A model generated the notes under the pieces. The model ran no database searches. It saw only the letters and a program-made list of their open reading frames with translations, and was not told where the DNA came from. Positions 38,599 through 47,835 of a DNA stretch of 64,000 nucleotides are shown in pieces. This stretch comes from an uncultured Gammaproteobacteria bacterium. GTDB taxonomy: Bacteria; Patescibacteriota; Patescibacteriia; UBA2196. The DNA is taken from positions 14,536 to 78,535 of the forward strand of contig CAZFWC010000001.1 of the NCBI GenBank assembly GCA_964522515.1, in the 5' to 3' direction. Numbering within the stretch: position 1 is the stretch's first letter; the number at the start of each line of letters is the position of its first letter. The position numbers and the translations under genes are program-made.

Positions 38599-39240
38599 TT
38601 AAACAAATTTTTCACCTTTATAAATCCAAATCTTAACTCCAATTGCTCCGTAAGTTGTGCGAGCTGTTGCTGTTCCATAATCAATATCAGCGCGCAAAGT
38701 GTGCAAAGGAATTTTTCCTTGAGTTAATTTTTCAGTGCGAGCAATTTCTACTCCGCCTAATCTTCCAGCGCAATGAACTTTCACACCTTGCGCACCAGCT
38801 TTTATAATTGCTTCAATATTTCTTTTCATTGAACGACGGTACGGAATTCTTTTTTCTAATTCAAGAGCAATATTTTGCGCCATTATTTGCGCGCAAAGTT
38901 GTGGCTTGTTAACTTCTTTTATATTAATTTGTAGTTTGATTTTTTTATTTTTTATAATTTTTTTTAATAAATAATTTTTAATTTCTTCAACTCCAACTCC
39001 GCCTCGCCCAATAATAATTCCTGGTTTTGATGAATGCAAAATTATATTAATGTTGTCGGGTGATCTTTCAATTTCAACACTTTTTAAACTGCAGTCCCTA
39101 AGTTTACTATTTAAATATTCTCTCAATTTTGTATCTTGTTCAAGTTGTCGCGCAAAAGCAGGTCCACGCTTAAACCAGCGAGAAGCCCAATTTTCGCTTA
39201 AACCAATTCTGAAAATTTTAGGATTTACTTTGTGACCCAT
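38599..39240 (-). CDS. rpsC: 30S ribosomal protein S3
   Basis: KH domain and S3 C-terminal domain (GRLGGVEIARTE). Confidence 0.9.
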   Translation of the reverse strand: MGHKVNPKIFRIGLSENWASRWFKRGPAFARQLEQDTKLREYLNSKLRDCSLKSVEIERSPDNINIILHSSKPGIIIGRGGVGVEEIKNYLLKKIIKNKKIKLQINIKEVNKPQLCAQIMAQNIALELEKRIPYRRSMKRNIEAIIKAGAQGVKVHCAGRLGGVEIARTEKLTQGKIPLHTLRADIDYGTATARTTYGAIGVKIWIYKGEKFV

Positions 39241-39252
39241 AAAAATAAAATT

Positions 39253-39903
39253 TTATATTGATTTTCTTCTAAACATTTTTTTCAAAGCGCCACCTTTGCT
39301 TTTTTTACGAACAGTGTCTAAATGTTGCTTTCCTCTATCAGATCCTTCTCGTCTAACATCTTTAATTTCTTTTTTATATTCTTCTTCTTTTAATTTTTTA
39401 ATTTTAGGTTCTAATTTGGTCTCTTGTTTCTCTAATTCTTTAACTTCATCTAAAGATTTTACTATTTTTATATTTTTATCAATTTTTTTCTTGTCTTTTT
39501 TATCTTTTTTAATATCAGATTTATCAGCTTTTACCTGCCTGTCTGGCAGGTGGACCTGTGATTTATTAGTGTCTTTCTCTTCCAAAATTATTGAAATGTG
39601 ACTTGTCCTTTTGTTAATTGCTGAAGCTCTTCCAAATGCTCTTGGTTGCCACCTTTTTAAAACAGGACCTTCATCAACTTTTAATTCTGAAATATATAAA
39701 TTATTTTCTGCTAATTTAAAATTATTTTTTGCATTTGCAATCGCGCTGTTTAATAATTTCAACATTGAATCAGCTACTTTTTTGTTTATAAATTTTAACT
39801 GATTTTGCGCGACTTCAACATCTAGCCCCCGAATTAAATCGGCCACTAATCTAACTTTGCGAGGTGATATTCTTAAATGTCGTAATTTTGCAGAAACTTT
39901 CAT
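39253..39903 (-). CDS. rplV: 50S ribosomal protein L22 with about 100-aa Lys/Glu-rich C-terminal extension
   Basis: L22 core in N-terminal about 115 aa; extension carries in-frame CCTGCCTGTCTGGCAGG palindrome. Confidence 0.85.
   Translation of the reverse strand: MKVSAKLRHLRISPRKVRLVADLIRGLDVEVAQNQLKFINKKVADSMLKLLNSAIANAKNNFKLAENNLYISELKVDEGPVLKRWQPRAFGRASAINKRTSHISIILEEKDTNKSQVHLPDRQVKADKSDIKKDKKDKKKIDKNIKIVKSLDEVKELEKQETKLEPKIKKLKEEEYKKEIKDVRREGSDRGKQHLDTVRKKSKGGALKKMFRRKSI
39534..39560. repeat. intragenic GC palindrome module (rplV extension)
   Basis: CCTGCCTGTCTGGCAGGTGG. Confidence 0.6.
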
Positions 39904-39926
39904 AATTTTTTCCCGGGTACTCGGGA

Positions 39927-40223
39927 TTACTTTTTTTCTTTTGATTTTTTTTCAACTTCTTTTTGTTTTTTACCGCCGTGTTTAACAAATTTGCGAGTGG
40001 GAGAAAATTCACCAAGTTTGTGACCAACCATATCTTCAACAACAAAAACTGGAATGTGAATTTTACCATTGTGAACTCCAAATGTAAAACCAACCATTTC
40101 AGGCGTGATTGTTGAATTTCTTGCCCAAGTTTTAATCACAATTTTGTCACCAATCTTAAGCTTGCCGACTTTTTTCATCAGTTTTGCGTCAATGTATGGC
40201 CCTTTTTTTAAACTTCTTGACAT
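39927..40223 (-). CDS. rpsS: 30S ribosomal protein S19
   Basis: [11 protein letters not shown]... and GHKLGEF blocks. Confidence 0.9.
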   Translation of the reverse strand: MSRSLKKGPYIDAKLMKKVGKLKIGDKIVIKTWARNSTITPEMVGFTFGVHNGKIHIPVFVVEDMVGHKLGEFSPTRKFVKHGGKKQKEVEKKSKEKK

Positions 40224-40316
40224 AAAATATTTAGCAACTTGTAATTCGTAACTAGTAACTTGTAAATTGATTTTTTATTTTTTAAAATAAAACAATTACG
40301 AGTTACAAATTACAGA
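40224..40316. repeat. inverted arrays of GTAAYNN heptamers in the rplB-rpsS spacer
   Basis: TTGTAAT TCGTAAC TAGTAAC TTGTAAA ... AATTACG AGTTACA AATTACA GATTAC. Confidence 0.7.
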
Positions 40317-41156
40317 TTACTTGCGTTTCTTTCGTCTTTTAATAATTAATTTATCTGTCCATTTTTTCTTTCTTGTTTTTACTCCAAGAGATGGTTTTCC
40401 CCATTTTGTTTTAGGGTGTTTCATTCCAATTGGGTGTTTTCCTTCTCCGCCACCGTGAGGATGATCAACTGGGTTCATTGCTTTACCACGAACAGTTGGT
40501 TTAATTCCCATATGTCTTTTCCTTCCAGCTTTACCAATTCTAACTAATTTTGCTTCAGGATTTGAAACTTGTCCAATGGTCGCAAAGCATTCTTTTTTAA
40601 ATAATTTAATTTCTCCCGAAGGAATTTTTAACTGAGCATATTTTCCTTCAACATTTTGTAAAACAATTCCTGTCCCAGCGCTTCTTGCGACTTTACCACC
40701 TCTGTTTGGCTCTACTTCAACATTGTACACCATACTTCCTTGTGGAATCAACTCTAAAGGCATTCTGTTTCCATTTTTAGCTTCTATTTTTTTGTCTGAA
40801 CTCATCACAGTGTCATTAACTTTCATATCAACAGCAGCTAAAATATATGATTTTGTATTATCTTTGTATTTTATCAGCGCAATTCTAGCGTTACGATTTG
40901 GATCGTATTCAATTGCTTCAACAGTAGCTTGAACATCAAATTTTGTTCTTTTAAAATCAATTATTCTATAAATTTTTTTAGATCCGCCACCACGGTGCCT
41001 AACAGTAATTCTGCCTTGATTATTTCTTCCCGAATATTTTTTTAAACTTTTACACAATTGTTTTTCTCTTTTTTTATTTTTTGTTAAATCAGAAGAATCA
41101 ACAACAGATGTTCTGCGTCGCGCTGGTGTTGTTGGTTTGTATAATTTAATAGGCAT
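40317..41156 (-). CDS. rplB: 50S ribosomal protein L2
   Basis: highly conserved L2 blocks incl. GGGEGK, HPHGGGEG. Confidence 0.95.
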   Translation of the reverse strand: MPIKLYKPTTPARRRTSVVDSSDLTKNKKREKQLCKSLKKYSGRNNQGRITVRHRGGGSKKIYRIIDFKRTKFDVQATVEAIEYDPNRNARIALIKYKDNTKSYILAAVDMKVNDTVMSSDKKIEAKNGNRMPLELIPQGSMVYNVEVEPNRGGKVARSAGTGIVLQNVEGKYAQLKIPSGEIKLFKKECFATIGQVSNPEAKLVRIGKAGRKRHMGIKPTVRGKAMNPVDHPHGGGEGKHPIGMKHPKTKWGKPSLGVKTRKKKWTDKLIIKRRKKRK

Positions 41157-41162
41157 AAAAGT

Positions 41163-41356
41163 TTTTCCGCCTTCGCCCCTAATCCCGAGTACTCGGGACT
41201 ACTGGACTACGGCGGATACCTGTCTAGCTGACAGGCAGGAACTCTTGTGTTTAAAATTTAAAAAACACAGGAGCTTGCCTCCTCCTTCGCTAAAGCTACG
41301 GCGGACAGGCGCCGTGGCAATTAAAGGGTCGCTAGGGAGCGAAGGAGGGGAAGCGA
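41163..41356. repeat. GC-rich composite element between rplW and rplB
   Basis: near-identical to 35097..35282 plus sub-hairpin. Confidence 0.85.
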
Positions 41357-41803
41357 CTAAACTCCTTCGTAAACATCTAATTTATCATTTTTTTGTAAAA
41401 TAATTATTGCTTTTTTCCAATTTTTTAATTTACCAAATTTTCTTCCGTATCTTACCATTTTACCGCGCATATTTACAGTATTAATTTTAACTGGTTTTAC
41501 ACCATAAAGTGTTTCAATTGCTTTTTTAATTTCTGATTTATTTGATTTTATCGCAACTTCAAAAACATATTGATTAAACTCTCCTAAGGAAGATGCTTGT
41601 TCAGTAATTATTGGTCTGATTAAATTTTTGTAAGCGTTGCCGTGATATTTTGTTGCCAGACTTTTATTTTTTGGTAATTTAGTTTTTTTTAATATTTTTT
41701 TTTCTTCAACTTCAACTTCATCAAATTTTTTAATCTGTTTTTTAGCTGTGTCTGATTTTTTCTTTTTAAATTTATCAAAAATACTCATATTGTCATTTAT
41801 CAA
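41357..41803 (-). CDS. rplW: 50S ribosomal protein L23 (N-terminally extended)
   Basis: L23 core IIRPIITEQA...; operon position. Confidence 0.85.
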   Translation of the reverse strand: MINDNMSIFDKFKKKKSDTAKKQIKKFDEVEVEEKKILKKTKLPKNKSLATKYHGNAYKNLIRPIITEQASSLGEFNQYVFEVAIKSNKSEIKKAIETLYGVKPVKINTVNMRGKMVRYGRKFGKLKNWKKAIIILQKNDKLDVYEGV

Positions 41804-41853
41804 ATATCAGTTATCAGTTGCTTTTGATAATTGATAAATGATACTTGATATTT

Positions 41854-42618
41854 TTATTTATTTTTTAAATATATTTTTTCAATTATTTCTAAACTTTTTT
41901 CAATAATTAATATTTTCTCAAACTTCAAAAGATCCAAAACATTTAAACTGTCTGCTGTTGTGATTTTAATTCCTTGCAAATTTTTTCCTGCGCTAAATAT
42001 TTTTCTGTCTGCTTTTTCTAAAATAATTAATAATGATAATTTGTAATTTTTAATGTCAAAATTGCGCTTTCCCTCCTTCGCTCCCTGAGTGTCCTTTATC
42101 ACTTCGGCGGGCAAGCTTTTAGTTTTTTTTGTTTTCTTTTCAATCTCTTTAATATTTATTATACTTTTTAAATTTTTCAAAATTTCAACAAATTCTTTTG
42201 TTTTACCTTCAGCTAAATTTAATTTGTCTAATAAAATAAATAAATTATTGTTTACTTTATCAGACAAACACATAAATAATGCTTTTGTTTTTTGTTTTTT
42301 ATTAACTTTTTTAGAAAAGTTTCTGTCTTTTGTGGGTCCAAAAGTCACACCGCCCCCAACCCAAATTGGTGAACGACTTGAACCGTGTCTTGCGCGTCCA
42401 GTTCCTTTTTGTTTCCAAGGTTTTTTCCCACCACCGCGAACTTCACTTTTATCTTTTGTGTGAGCAATCGCAACTCTTGAATTTGCCATTTGCGCAACTG
42501 CGACTTGATGTACAACAGAATTTTTTATTTCAATTCCAAAAATTTTAGAATTTAATTCTAGTTCTTTTACTTTTTCTCCAAGTTGGTTGTAGATTTGTAT
42601 TTTTTTCATGTTAGTCAT
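41854..42618 (-). CDS. rplD: 50S ribosomal protein L4 (C-terminally extended, with in-frame element insertion)
   Basis: L4 core blocks; operon position. Confidence 0.85.
   Translation of the reverse strand: MTNMKKIQIYNQLGEKVKELELNSKIFGIEIKNSVVHQVAVAQMANSRVAIAHTKDKSEVRGGGKKPWKQKGTGRARHGSSRSPIWVGGGVTFGPTKDRNFSKKVNKKQKTKALFMCLSDKVNNNLFILLDKLNLAEGKTKEFVEILKNLKSIINIKEIEKKTKKTKSLPAEVIKDTQGAKEGKRNFDIKNYKLSLLIILEKADRKIFSAGKNLQGIKITTADSLNVLDLLKFEKILIIEKSLEIIEKIYLKNK
42070..42116. repeat. intragenic in-frame GC-rich element (rplD)
   Basis: CCTCCTTCGCTCCCTGAGTG...CTTCGGCGGGCAAG. Confidence 0.75.
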
Positions 42619-42710
42619 CCTGATCCCGAGTGCTCGGGAGAAGGATCTGTTTTTTTAATTATTTATTTTATTAATTTTTGGCTAATTTTAGCTAATAATA
42701 CGAATGGGCT

Positions 42711-42739
42711 TGACATTTTTTTAAAAATTTATTAAAATT
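42711..42739 (+). promoter_or_regulatory. sigma70-like promoter TTGACA-17-TAAAAT for opposite-strand small ORF
   Basis: canonical hexamers and spacing; GGAGG SD 8 nt upstream of ATG at 42787. Confidence 0.5.
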
Positions 42740-42786
42740 TATATAAAATAATTTACAATTTAATTAACTAAAATGGAGGCAAAAAA

Positions 42787-43002
42787 ATGGAATTAAAAGT
42801 TCGGGCAATAAAGCCTGATGATTTTAAAGAATTTAAAGAAATTTTTTCCGACAAAAAAGCAGATTACGATAATTGTTTGTTTTGTAATGAGAAAGCTACT
42901 AAAGTTACAGAATCTGCTGATAAAACTATTCAAATTCGTAGTTGCGACGAAAAAAAATGTCTAAAAATAGCTTTAAATTTTGTTTCAAAATATTCAATCT
43001 AA
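42787..43002 (+). CDS. small Cys-rich (CxxC...C..C) hypothetical protein inserted antisense between rplC and rplD
   Basis: strong SD, promoter and downstream terminator; 4 Cys in zinc-ribbon-like spacing. Confidence 0.4.
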   Translation: MELKVRAIKPDDFKEFKEIFSDKKADYDNCLFCNEKATKVTESADKTIQIRSCDEKKCLKIALNFVSKYSI

Positions 43003-43043
43003 AAATTAATAAACTGTTTCTCTTACTCATTTCATTATTCTGC

Positions 43044-43084
43044 CGAGCAGGATTTGAAATGAGTTTTTTATTTTGAAAAAATTT
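43044..43084 (+). terminator. Rho-independent terminator (10-bp stem ACTCATTTCA/TGAAATGAGT + T-run)
   Basis: perfect 10-bp inverted repeat followed by TTTTTATTTT. Confidence 0.6.
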
Positions 43085-43131
43085 ATTTTAAAAAAAATTT
43101 ATATCTTATATCTTATATTTTATATTCTATA

Positions 43132-43887
43132 TTATTTGTTTTCTTCAACTTTTTTTTCAGTTTCCTTATTTTCTGCTTTCTCAATTTTTTTATCAGAGTT
43201 TATCTGCTTTTCATCAGTATTTTTATCAGTGATTTTCAACTCCCCTTCCCCTTGAATTAAAACTAAACTATTTCTCGCTCCCGGAACAGCGCCTTTAACA
43301 TACAAAATATTTTTTTCTTTATCAATTTTTATTATTTCTAAATTTTTAACAGTAATTTGCTCTGAACCCATATGACCTGGCATTTTTTTTCCTTTAAAAA
43401 CTCTTGCTGGATCAGTGGCGCCAATTGAACCACCTAATCTTAATTGATCTTTGTGTCCGTGGCTTGCTGGACTTCCGTGAAAACCATGGCGTCTTACAAC
43501 ACCTTGAAAACCTTTACCTTTTGAAACACCTGTTATTTTAATTTTATCTTTAATTTCAAAAGTTTCTACTGTAATTTTGTCCCCGCGTTTTAGTTTGTTG
43601 GCTCCATCGCTCTGCGTGGAACCTTCTTGTTCAGTTTTAGGATTTAATCTAAATTCTTTAAGCCAACGAAAATTTTCTAAATCTTTTAAGTGTCCTTTTA
43701 CTGCTTTTGACAAACTTTTCTTTTTATCAAATCCAATTTGCACTGCTGAATATTTATCTTTGCTGTCTTTTTTTTTAACTTGAGTAATTAAACACGGACC
43801 AGCATTAACAAGAGTGACAGGAATAACTTCACCTTTTTCATTAAAAATTTGTGACATTTCTAATTTTTTTCCTAAAATAAATTTCAT
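43132..43887 (-). CDS. rplC: 50S ribosomal protein L3 (C-terminally extended)
   Basis: L3 conserved blocks; operon position after rpsJ. Confidence 0.9.
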   Translation of the reverse strand: MKFILGKKLEMSQIFNEKGEVIPVTLVNAGPCLITQVKKKDSKDKYSAVQIGFDKKKSLSKAVKGHLKDLENFRWLKEFRLNPKTEQEGSTQSDGANKLKRGDKITVETFEIKDKIKITGVSKGKGFQGVVRRHGFHGSPASHGHKDQLRLGGSIGATDPARVFKGKKMPGHMGSEQITVKNLEIIKIDKEKNILYVKGAVPGARNSLVLIQGEGELKITDKNTDEKQINSDKKIEKAENKETEKKVEENK

Positions 43888-44102
43888 AAAATAAAAACTG
43901 GTTACTAAAAACCAGACTAAAAAAATAAATAGTATTTTAATTTTATTTTCTTAATTTGATTTACCCTGTTAATTTAGGGTTAATTAATCTTTTTTAATCA
44001 TTTCAACGATATTGTGAACTGTCCCCGCCTAAATTTTTTTTCAAAAAACTTGGGCGGGCATCATTCATTTTATCTAAATGATATATAAAATTGCATTTTT
44101 GT

Positions 44103-44465
44103 TTACATTTTAATCTCAATATCAACACCACTTGGTAAGCTAAGATTTGATAATTGATCAATTGTTTTAGCGGTTGGATTAAAAATATCAATTAATCTTT
44201 TGTGAATTCTCATTTCAAATTGTTCGCGAGCGTCTTTGTGCACAAATGTTGAACGATTAACAGTGTATTTTTTTGTTTCAGTTGGCAAAGGCACTGGGCC
44301 TTTAACTTCAACACCTGTTTTTTTAACATTTTCAATAATTGTTCGCACAGCTTGATCAATAACTTTGTGATCGTAGGCGCGAACTTTAATGCGAACTCTT
44401 TGTTTAAATTCTTCTTCTGGTTTTGAATTGTTTTGACTTTCGTCTTTTTTAATTTTGTCTGGCAT
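44103..44465 (-). CDS. rpsJ: 30S ribosomal protein S10
   Basis: [13 protein letters not shown]...VKGPVPLPT blocks. Confidence 0.9.
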   Translation of the reverse strand: MPDKIKKDESQNNSKPEEEFKQRVRIKVRAYDHKVIDQAVRTIIENVKKTGVEVKGPVPLPTETKKYTVNRSTFVHKDAREQFEMRIHKRLIDIFNPTAKTIDQLSNLSLPSGVDIEIKM

Positions 44466-44472
44466 TTAATTT

Positions 44473-44886
44473 TTAAATTGTTGCTAATTCTTGTTTTAAA
44501 AAATCTAAAGTTTGTGTTTGTTTTTTAGTTTGCTTTCCAGGAATTTTTTTAATAGCTTCTATTATTAATAAAATAACTTCTTTTAATTTATTTCTGTCTT
44601 TAATAACTCCACTTTCTATTAATTCCTGTAGTTTATTTAATTTTTTGTCAAGATAATCTTTTGTCACAATTTCGCCACTTAAACCAGCTGAAAAGTTGTT
44701 AAATTCTTCTTTAAAAGTATCCTTGGTCACTGTTACTTCTTTTAAGTCTTCTATTTTTTTATCCATTCTTTTTTCTAAACTTTCTAAATCATCTTTAGTT
44801 GCTAAAACAGGAAACAAAACTTCTTCAGCAAATTGTCCCAAAATTTCTAAAGTTAATGGTTTTTGTAATTCTTTTTTGTTTGACAT
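44473..44886 (-). CDS. hypothetical helical/coiled-coil protein between tuf and rpsJ
   Basis: intact 137-aa ORF in a normally gene-free junction; no family recognised. Confidence 0.45.
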   Translation of the reverse strand: MSNKKELQKPLTLEILGQFAEEVLFPVLATKDDLESLEKRMDKKIEDLKEVTVTKDTFKEEFNNFSAGLSGEIVTKDYLDKKLNKLQELIESGVIKDRNKLKEVILLIIEAIKKIPGKQTKKQTQTLDFLKQELATI

Positions 44887-44996
44887 TTAATTTTTATTTT
44901 AATTTCCCAATTTTATCTCCAATATTTCTGCGTTTAATCCGCGAGTTTAGAAACAAAATTAGAAATCCCGATTTAAAAAACCGAGATTTCGTAAAC

Positions 44997-46199
44997 TTAT
45001 TTTATAATTTTAGTAACAACACCAGCGCCAACAGTGTGACCGCCTTCACGAATCGCAAATTTAAGTTTTTCTTCCAAAGCAATTGGTTGAATTAATTTAA
45101 CTTTTAAATTAACAGTGTCGCCCGGCATTACCATTTCTGTTCCTTCTGGCAATTCAATATCACCGGTTACATCAGTTGTTCTAATATAAAATTGCGGTTT
45201 GTATCCTTTCATAAAAGGAGTGTGTCGTCCGCCTTCTTCTTTTGTTAAAATATAAATTTCAGCTTCAAATTCAGTGTGTGGAGTAATTGATCCTGGTTTT
45301 GCTAAAACTTGTCCGCGTAAAATATCTTCTTTTTTAGTTCCACGAAGTAAAATTCCAGCGTTGTCACCAGCTCTGCCTTCATCAAGTGACTTGTTAAACA
45401 TTTCAATTCCAGTTACAACAGTTTTTGCTGTGTCTTTTAAACCAACAATTTCAATTTCATCATTTAATTTAACAATTCCTCTTTCAATTCTACCAGTTGA
45501 AACAGTTCCACGACCTTCAATTGAGAAAACATCTTCAACAGGCATTAAGAAAGGTTTTTCAGTGTCTCGTTTTGGTTCTGGAATGTAAGAATCAAGTTTG
45601 TCCATTAATTCCAAAATTGATTTGTAATTTTCATCATCTTTGTTTCCAGCTTGAGCTGCTTCTAAAGCTTTAAGAGCAGATCCTTTAATAAATGGGATTT
45701 CGTCACCTGGAAATTCATATTTTTTTAAAAGATCTTTGATTTCTTCTTCAACTAAATCAATTAATTCAGGATCATCAACTTGATCTGTTTTGTTTAAATA
45801 AACAACAATTGAAGGAACACCAACTTGGCGAGCAAGTAAAATGTGTTCACGAGTTTGAGGCATTGGACCGTCAGCAGCAGACACAACTAAAATTGCACCA
45901 TCCATTTGAGCAGCGCCGGTAATCATATTTTTAATGTAATCTGCGTGACCTGGACAATCAATGTGAGCGTAGTGTCGTTTGTCAGTTTCGTATTCAACAT
46001 GAGCTGTGTTAATTGTAATTCCACGAGCTTTTTCTTCAGGCGCGTTGTCGATTTCATTTAGACTTTTATTTTGCGCAGTTTTACCTTCAGCATTAAGAAC
46101 TGCAAGGATTGCCGCAGTTAAAGTTGTTTTACCGTGATCAACATGACCAATTGTGCCAATGTTAACATGCGGTTTTGTTCGTTCGAATTTTTCAGCCAT
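44997..46199 (-). CDS. tuf: elongation factor Tu
   Basis: [22 protein letters not shown]-motifs; full-length EF-Tu. Confidence 0.97.
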   Translation of the reverse strand: MAEKFERTKPHVNIGTIGHVDHGKTTLTAAILAVLNAEGKTAQNKSLNEIDNAPEEKARGITINTAHVEYETDKRHYAHIDCPGHADYIKNMITGAAQMDGAILVVSAADGPMPQTREHILLARQVGVPSIVVYLNKTDQVDDPELIDLVEEEIKDLLKKYEFPGDEIPFIKGSALKALEAAQAGNKDDENYKSILELMDKLDSYIPEPKRDTEKPFLMPVEDVFSIEGRGTVSTGRIERGIVKLNDEIEIVGLKDTAKTVVTGIEMFNKSLDEGRAGDNAGILLRGTKKEDILRGQVLAKPGSITPHTEFEAEIYILTKEEGGRHTPFMKGYKPQFYIRTTDVTGDIELPEGTEMVMPGDTVNLKVKLIQPIALEEKLKFAIREGGHTVGAGVVTKIIK

Positions 46200-46400
46200 T
46201 TTATTTATGATTTGCTAACAACCTTTCCCTAAAGGGAAAGTTTTCTCCAGTTGTTAGAGTTAATTTTTTTATTAATTAAATTTTAACAGATGCTAAAAAT
46301 AATGTCAAACAACAAACCCAAAGTTCAAAGTTAAAAGCTCAAAAAAATATCAAATACTAAATATTAAATTTTTAAATAAAATTTTTTCTAAAAGAACAAG

Positions 46401-46458
46401 GAGCCTGTCCGCCGTAGCTAGAGTTTTTTAGGATTGGGGGCGTAGGCGGATTAGGCGA
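46401..46458. repeat. GC-rich element short copy abutting stop of acidic protein gene
   Basis: GAGCCTGTCCGCCGTAGC...TTTTTTAGGATTGGGGGCGTAGGCGGATTAGGCGA. Confidence 0.8.
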
Positions 46459-47094
46459 TTAATAAACTGCTTCTTCCTCAAATTCATTTTCTATTTCTTC
46501 ATCATTATTTTCATCAATATCTTTTTCATCAAACGAAACATCAATAATTGGTTTTTCTTCTGTTCTAAAAAAATCTGAGGCTGTTACATCTGGTGGAGGT
46601 GGAATATCTTCGTATTTAATTGGTTCTGTTTCAGAATTGTCTTTTAAATTATCAAATTTTAAATCATTGTTTTTTATTTCATCTGCGTCCAAATCATATT
46701 TAGGTGCAGTAAAATCCTCTTCCTCTTCCTCATCTTCATTTTCATTTTCGTAATCATCTTCTTCCCAATTATTATTTTTAAAATCTTTTTTTTCATCTTC
46801 ATCTTCCCAAGGTCTGTAATCTAATTCAGGTTTATCAAATTCAGATTTAAATGGATCTTCAATTTCTAATTCGTCTTCTTGTTCTGGATGTTCTTGTTTC
46901 CAAATTGAAATATCACGATCAATTTGGTTTAACATTTCTTTTTCGTTTAAATTTTTAATATTGTCCGCATTTTCAATAATTTTTTCATAATCTGAAAAAG
47001 GCATTAAAACTAAATTTGTATTATTGTTTTCATCCACAATAATAATTTTGTCATTTGTTTTTTTAACTAAGTTGATGATTTTGTCTAGGTTCAT
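46459..47094 (-). CDS. highly acidic hypothetical protein (Asp/Glu-rich C-terminal two thirds)
   Basis: composition; no domain recognised; adjacent to TA pair and RM-like gene. Confidence 0.45.
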   Translation of the reverse strand: MNLDKIINLVKKTNDKIIIVDENNNTNLVLMPFSDYEKIIENADNIKNLNEKEMLNQIDRDISIWKQEHPEQEDELEIEDPFKSEFDKPELDYRPWEDEDEKKDFKNNNWEEDDYENENEDEEEEEDFTAPKYDLDADEIKNNDLKFDNLKDNSETEPIKYEDIPPPPDVTASDFFRTEEKPIIDVSFDEKDIDENNDEEIENEFEEEAVY

Positions 47095-47111
47095 AAAATT
47101 ATTTTATTATT

Positions 47112-47378
47112 TTAAAAATTTCGAATTTTTCTTAAAAGATCGTGTGGACCGACTTTTACTAAAAAACAAATATTATTAATAACTTTAAAAATAAATCTGT
47201 AATTTCTGGTTACTCTGCCTTCCCAGGTATTAACAAGACCTTTTATTTTTTTAATTTGCAAAGATGGATGTCTGAAATTAACAGTAAATAAAGCCAATTG
47301 TTTTTTAGTCTGAATTTTAATTTCATTAGGTAATTTTAAAAAATCTTTATCAAAACTTTTTGTGGTTTTAATTTCCAT
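47112..47378 (-). CDS. RelE/ParE-superfamily type II toxin candidate
   Basis: 88 aa; ...NYRFIFKVINNICFLVKVGPHD resembles the RelE/ParE C-terminal signature; overlaps upstream partner by 11 nt. Confidence 0.55.
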   Translation of the reverse strand: MEIKTTKSFDKDFLKLPNEIKIQTKKQLALFTVNFRHPSLQIKKIKGLVNTWEGRVTRNYRFIFKVINNICFLVKVGPHDLLRKIRNF

Positions 47379-47835
47379 ATTTTAAAGAATCTAAATAATT
47401 GATTAATTCATCAGCACTTTTATAAGATTGCGAAACTCTGCCTACTTTTATATCTCTTTCTGATTCTCGCATTCCTGTTTGCCATTCTTCTGTCCAAAAA
47501 TATTTTTGATCAGAATCAATTAATCCAGATTTACTAGCTGTTTCAATTTCTTCATTATTTAAACTTTTTGAATTTAAAATATTGTTATTAATAGTTTTAA
47601 TTTTATTTTTAGCTAATTTTAATACTCTTTGTTCCTGATCATTTAGTTTTAATCCTGTTTTTTTTAAAAGTGATAATTTGAATTTAGCTAATTTATTCAT
47701 TAATTTTTCTATTTCTTTAACTGTTTCCATTTCTATTGAAGTTTGAGAAGTTTGAATTGTGGTTGATTGTAAAGACATATTTTTTTTAATTTTATTTCCT
47801 GTGTTTATTTTATAAAAATATAAAAAATCTGTCAA
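47368..47835 (-). CDS. putative cognate antitoxin (start likely internal)
   Basis: upstream overlapping partner of toxin-like ORF; no confident family. Confidence 0.35.
   Translation of the reverse strand: MTDFLYFYKINTGNKIKKNMSLQSTTIQTSQTSIEMETVKEIEKLMNKLAKFKLSLLKKTGLKLNDQEQRVLKLAKNKIKTINNNILNSKSLNNEEIETASKSGLIDSDQKYFWTEEWQTGMRESERDIKVGRVSQSYKSADELINYLDSLKYGN

Noticed and set aside
44003-44191. 62-aa minus-strand ORF in the rpsJ-rplC gap
   Set aside because: Overlaps rpsJ 3' end out of frame and spans a hairpin and T-tract; no SD; likely non-coding.
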